From positions 3,855 to 67,854 of the IMG/VR virus record IMGVR_UViG_3300021405_000012: a DNA stretch of 64,000 nt; one strand, 5' to 3'. The position numbers and the translations under genes are program-made. This stretch comes from a virus. The notes below the pieces were generated by a model. That model did no database searches, was not told where the DNA came from, and saw only the letters and a list, made by a program, of their open reading frames with translations. Positions 61,848 to 64,000 of the stretch are shown here, one piece after another (within the stretch, counting starts at the first letter, position 1; each line of letters starts with the position of its first letter).

Positions 61848-62325
61848 AGCGCTCGACCTGCTGGCCGAGATCCAACTGGGCACCGAACCGCTCACCCAGC
61901 GGCAGTCGGATGTCTGGATGTTGCTGCTGCAAGACTACCGCCCGCGCCTGATCGACCAAGCCTTCTATCGCTGGGCGAAAATCTCGAAGCACATGCCAGT
62001 GCCTTCGGAAATCATTACCATCCTCGAGGAGCTGCGGGAAGCCGAAGCGGAAGCCGCCAAGCGGGCCGAAGACACTGCCAGAATTGCGGAATGCCGCGAA
62101 ACCCGGCGACAATTAACGGAAGCTGGCGAACCGAGCGGCCTTGAACAGTACCGGGCGGTGATGGGGGAAGCGCTCCAGCGGATACACAGCTTTCCTGCTT
62201 TCCCCGATCCGAACCGCAGAGTCGAACTGAAAGAGCGGCTGGCCCGGGCCGAGCGCGAACGGGCGGCGCGGAAGAAGCCAGCAGTTCCGGCGGAGGGCGT
62301 ATGGCGAAACGAGGCAACCGCGTGA
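61735..62325 (+). CDS. Putative helicase loader/loader-inhibitor-like protein
   Basis: W...L.DY....I..AF..W....K.MP.PSEI motif; overlaps the initiator C-terminus as in lambdoid O/P pairs. Confidence 0.55.
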   Translation: MNTNPTQKPALRRLANEPNGSSKLEPYSSKASAAATARALDLLAEIQLGTEPLTQRQSDVWMLLLQDYRPRLIDQAFYRWAKISKHMPVPSEIITILEELREAEAEAAKRAEDTARIAECRETRRQLTEAGEPSGLEQYRAVMGEALQRIHSFPAFPDPNRRVELKERLARAERERAARKKPAVPAEGVWRNEATA

Positions 62326-62540
62326 GCACCCAATCCAACCTACTCGAGATGGCCGTAAGCTTTCCCATGTGGAAAGAGGTTTTATTCGCGGACGTCCGCA
62401 TGCAGTCGAACCGCGCCATGCGGGAGCGCGTGACCAATCTGTCAGACCACGTCCTGCACGGTCTGTGGTGGCAGGGCGCCAAGCCCAGCGTGCAAGGCAT
62501 CCTCGACCACTGCACCGTAGACTGGGATCAGGAGGCGTAA
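62322..62540 (+). CDS. Hypothetical protein
   Basis: GAGG RBS; GTGA coupling. Confidence 0.55.
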   Translation: MSTQSNLLEMAVSFPMWKEVLFADVRMQSNRAMRERVTNLSDHVLHGLWWQGAKPSVQGILDHCTVDWDQEA

Positions 62541-63109
62541 TGAATGTACAAGCCGCAACTCTCGAATTAGAACCGAATGCGCGGGCCAAGTATCGCGAGT
62601 ACCGCACTGCGCTCAAAACCCACAAAGCCGAACACCTGGCCGCGCTGGCTGCCATCTACTGGCAACTCGCGCATGACCACAAAGTGCTTGACGTGGTGAA
62701 AGCCATCACCGACGCCGGCACCAACGAGAAGGGCGAGCCCAAGCTGGCGATCGCACGTGCTGATGACCGCCGCATTGAATTCCGCCGCAACCATGACTCC
62801 GAGCTGCGATTCATTCGCCGGACTCCTGGCCAGCACCCCAAGACCGTCATCGAGTTCCCCGTGCCATGGCCTTCGCACGGATGGCAAGCCGGCACTGCTC
62901 CGGTCCCGCTGATTCCGCCGGCATGCTTACCGAAAGGCGCCCTCGACGGCTATCACATTCTCTGGGAAGTCGAAGCGTGGGCGCCGGTGCCTTCCCCAGA
63001 CCCGATTCTACTGCGAAGGCTTGAGGGTGCCCTGTTTGTGATTGTGGCAGCGTGGAATCTGACCCCGGCCGAGCAGGCTGTCATGCGCCAGGGGTTGCGG
63101 GTGCGCTGA
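62540..63109 (+). CDS. Conserved hypothetical phage protein
   Basis: PKLAIARAD, VPLIPP, YHILWEVE.W, DPILL motifs; GGAGG RBS. Confidence 0.75.
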   Translation: MNVQAATLELEPNARAKYREYRTALKTHKAEHLAALAAIYWQLAHDHKVLDVVKAITDAGTNEKGEPKLAIARADDRRIEFRRNHDSELRFIRRTPGQHPKTVIEFPVPWPSHGWQAGTAPVPLIPPACLPKGALDGYHILWEVEAWAPVPSPDPILLRRLEGALFVIVAAWNLTPAEQAVMRQGLRVR

Positions 63110-63411
63110 TGAAAACCCGCGAGTACCCGGAAATCAGCGTCATCCGGCTCTCCCCGATCGTGCAGACTCCCATGCGCAACCTCGATCTGATCGAAGGCAT
63201 GGATGGAACGTACTACCTGCGCGAGACTCACTGGCGGCACATGAGCAAAGACGGCAGCGAAGTCCGCACCGTCACCATGCAGCCTCACGAACTGTTCTCG
63301 CTCGGCGAGATCATCAAACGCATGGGCGGCGACCTGGCCAGCAGGATGAAGATTGTCACCAACGGCCAGCGCAGCCACACCGTGGCCAGGAAGAAAGCGG
63401 GGGGCGAGTGA
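63109..63411 (+). CDS. Hypothetical protein
   Basis: TGATG coupling. Confidence 0.6.
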   Translation: MKTREYPEISVIRLSPIVQTPMRNLDLIEGMDGTYYLRETHWRHMSKDGSEVRTVTMQPHELFSLGEIIKRMGGDLASRMKIVTNGQRSHTVARKKAGGE

Positions 63412-63605
63412 TGTGGCTGAAGCCAGTCAAGCCGCAAGGGCCGCAGTTTCAGGTGGAAGTGGTATGGGAGAAGCCCAACCTGATTTGCCTGCAGTCGGCA
63501 ACCCGCAGCTTCACGGTGATGCCGCGCCCCGAGGGCCAGTTGGTCGACACCGCCAACGGGACGGAGTACAGGCTGGGCATGCCGGAGGCCGACGGTGGTG
63601 ATTGA
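63408..63605 (+). CDS. Hypothetical protein
   Basis: Coupled to neighbours. Confidence 0.55.
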   Translation: MMWLKPVKPQGPQFQVEVVWEKPNLICLQSATRSFTVMPRPEGQLVDTANGTEYRLGMPEADGGD

Positions 63606-63876
63606 GAGGCGGGTGTGCCGTCGCTGCCAGCGTCCCATCCACAAGGGCAAGTGTGTCGGCAGCTCGCGCAACCCGGCATTGCGCGCCGATCAGAAGTTGG
63701 AAGTGGTGCGGAGATTTCCGGTCTTGCTCGAAAATGACGACGGCCAGGTCGCCCGCTGCCTCGGTGATCGCGCCTGCCCGCATCCCCCGGTTCTCGGTGG
63801 CCTCTGCCGTGGCCACGCACTTGACCGGCTGGCGGAGCACTCGCTGCTTGGGAGCACGTTAGGAGGCGCAGCATGA
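63595..63876 (+). CDS. Cys-rich hypothetical protein
   Basis: CRRC..H..C and C....C......LC..H. Confidence 0.55.
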   Translation: MVIERRVCRRCQRPIHKGKCVGSSRNPALRADQKLEVVRRFPVLLENDDGQVARCLGDRACPHPPVLGGLCRGHALDRLAEHSLLGSTLGGAA

Positions 63877-64000
63877 CCACCGAAGAAGTTGGAAGCTACG
63901 TTGCCCTGGCCAACCGTCTGGCACGAATCTCCTGGGTGGAGATCGTCCACGCCGGCAAGCCACTCGATCACGCCGCCATCGAAAAGCAGCTCATCCTGGC
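63873..64000 (+). CDS. Hypothetical protein, runs off window edge
   Basis: AGGAGG RBS; MTTEEVGSYVALANRL... open to the end. Confidence 0.55.
   Translation, partial: MTTEEVGSYVALANRLARISWVEIVHAGKPLDHAAIEKQLIL

Noticed and set aside
1-64000. tRNA, rRNA, CRISPR arrays, IS elements, stop-codon reassignment
   Set aside because: No cloverleaf/T-loop, repeat-spacer array or transposase recognised by eye; genes are full length in the standard code. A tRNAscan/Infernal run is needed for certainty

Overview
The whole 64 kb window is a high-GC, densely coded tailed-phage (or prophage) segment with no recognisable host housekeeping block. A Fis-like HTH protein and many signal-peptide/beta-barrel/lipoprotein genes suggest a diderm host, possibly Acidobacteriota (inference). 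A long minus-strand late region (about 53.1 kb down to 2.6 kb) encodes, in transcription order: large signal-peptide-bearing Gly/Thr/Cys-rich proteins; a lysis/accessory block (holin candidates, cold-shock protein, beta-barrel, glycosyltransferase, M15 endolysin, peptide deformylase); portal, scaffold, major capsid, adaptor and nozzle-like proteins; ejection-type proteins; a 3511-aa polyvalent protein (histidine phosphatase + 2H phosphoesterase + amino-methyltransferase + Strawberry-notch SF2 helicase); then small and large terminase. No tape measure or sheath is evident, so it is podovirus-like. Early/replication genes lie at 53.8-64 kb. Most notable: (1) a FimB/Xer-type tyrosine recombinase with an FtsK-gamma domain inserted into its catalytic domain, together with a parS-like site and degenerate DnaA boxes; (2) two same-strand genes apparently nested in the +1 frame inside the giant gene; (3) a shared HP(L/V)RxL(S/V)xR motif on four unrelated small proteins beside the portal; (4) a palindromic AT-rich element apparently splitting the portal 5' end; (5) several candidate anti-CBASS/Thoeris functions. 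All family calls come from motif recognition by eye, not database searches.
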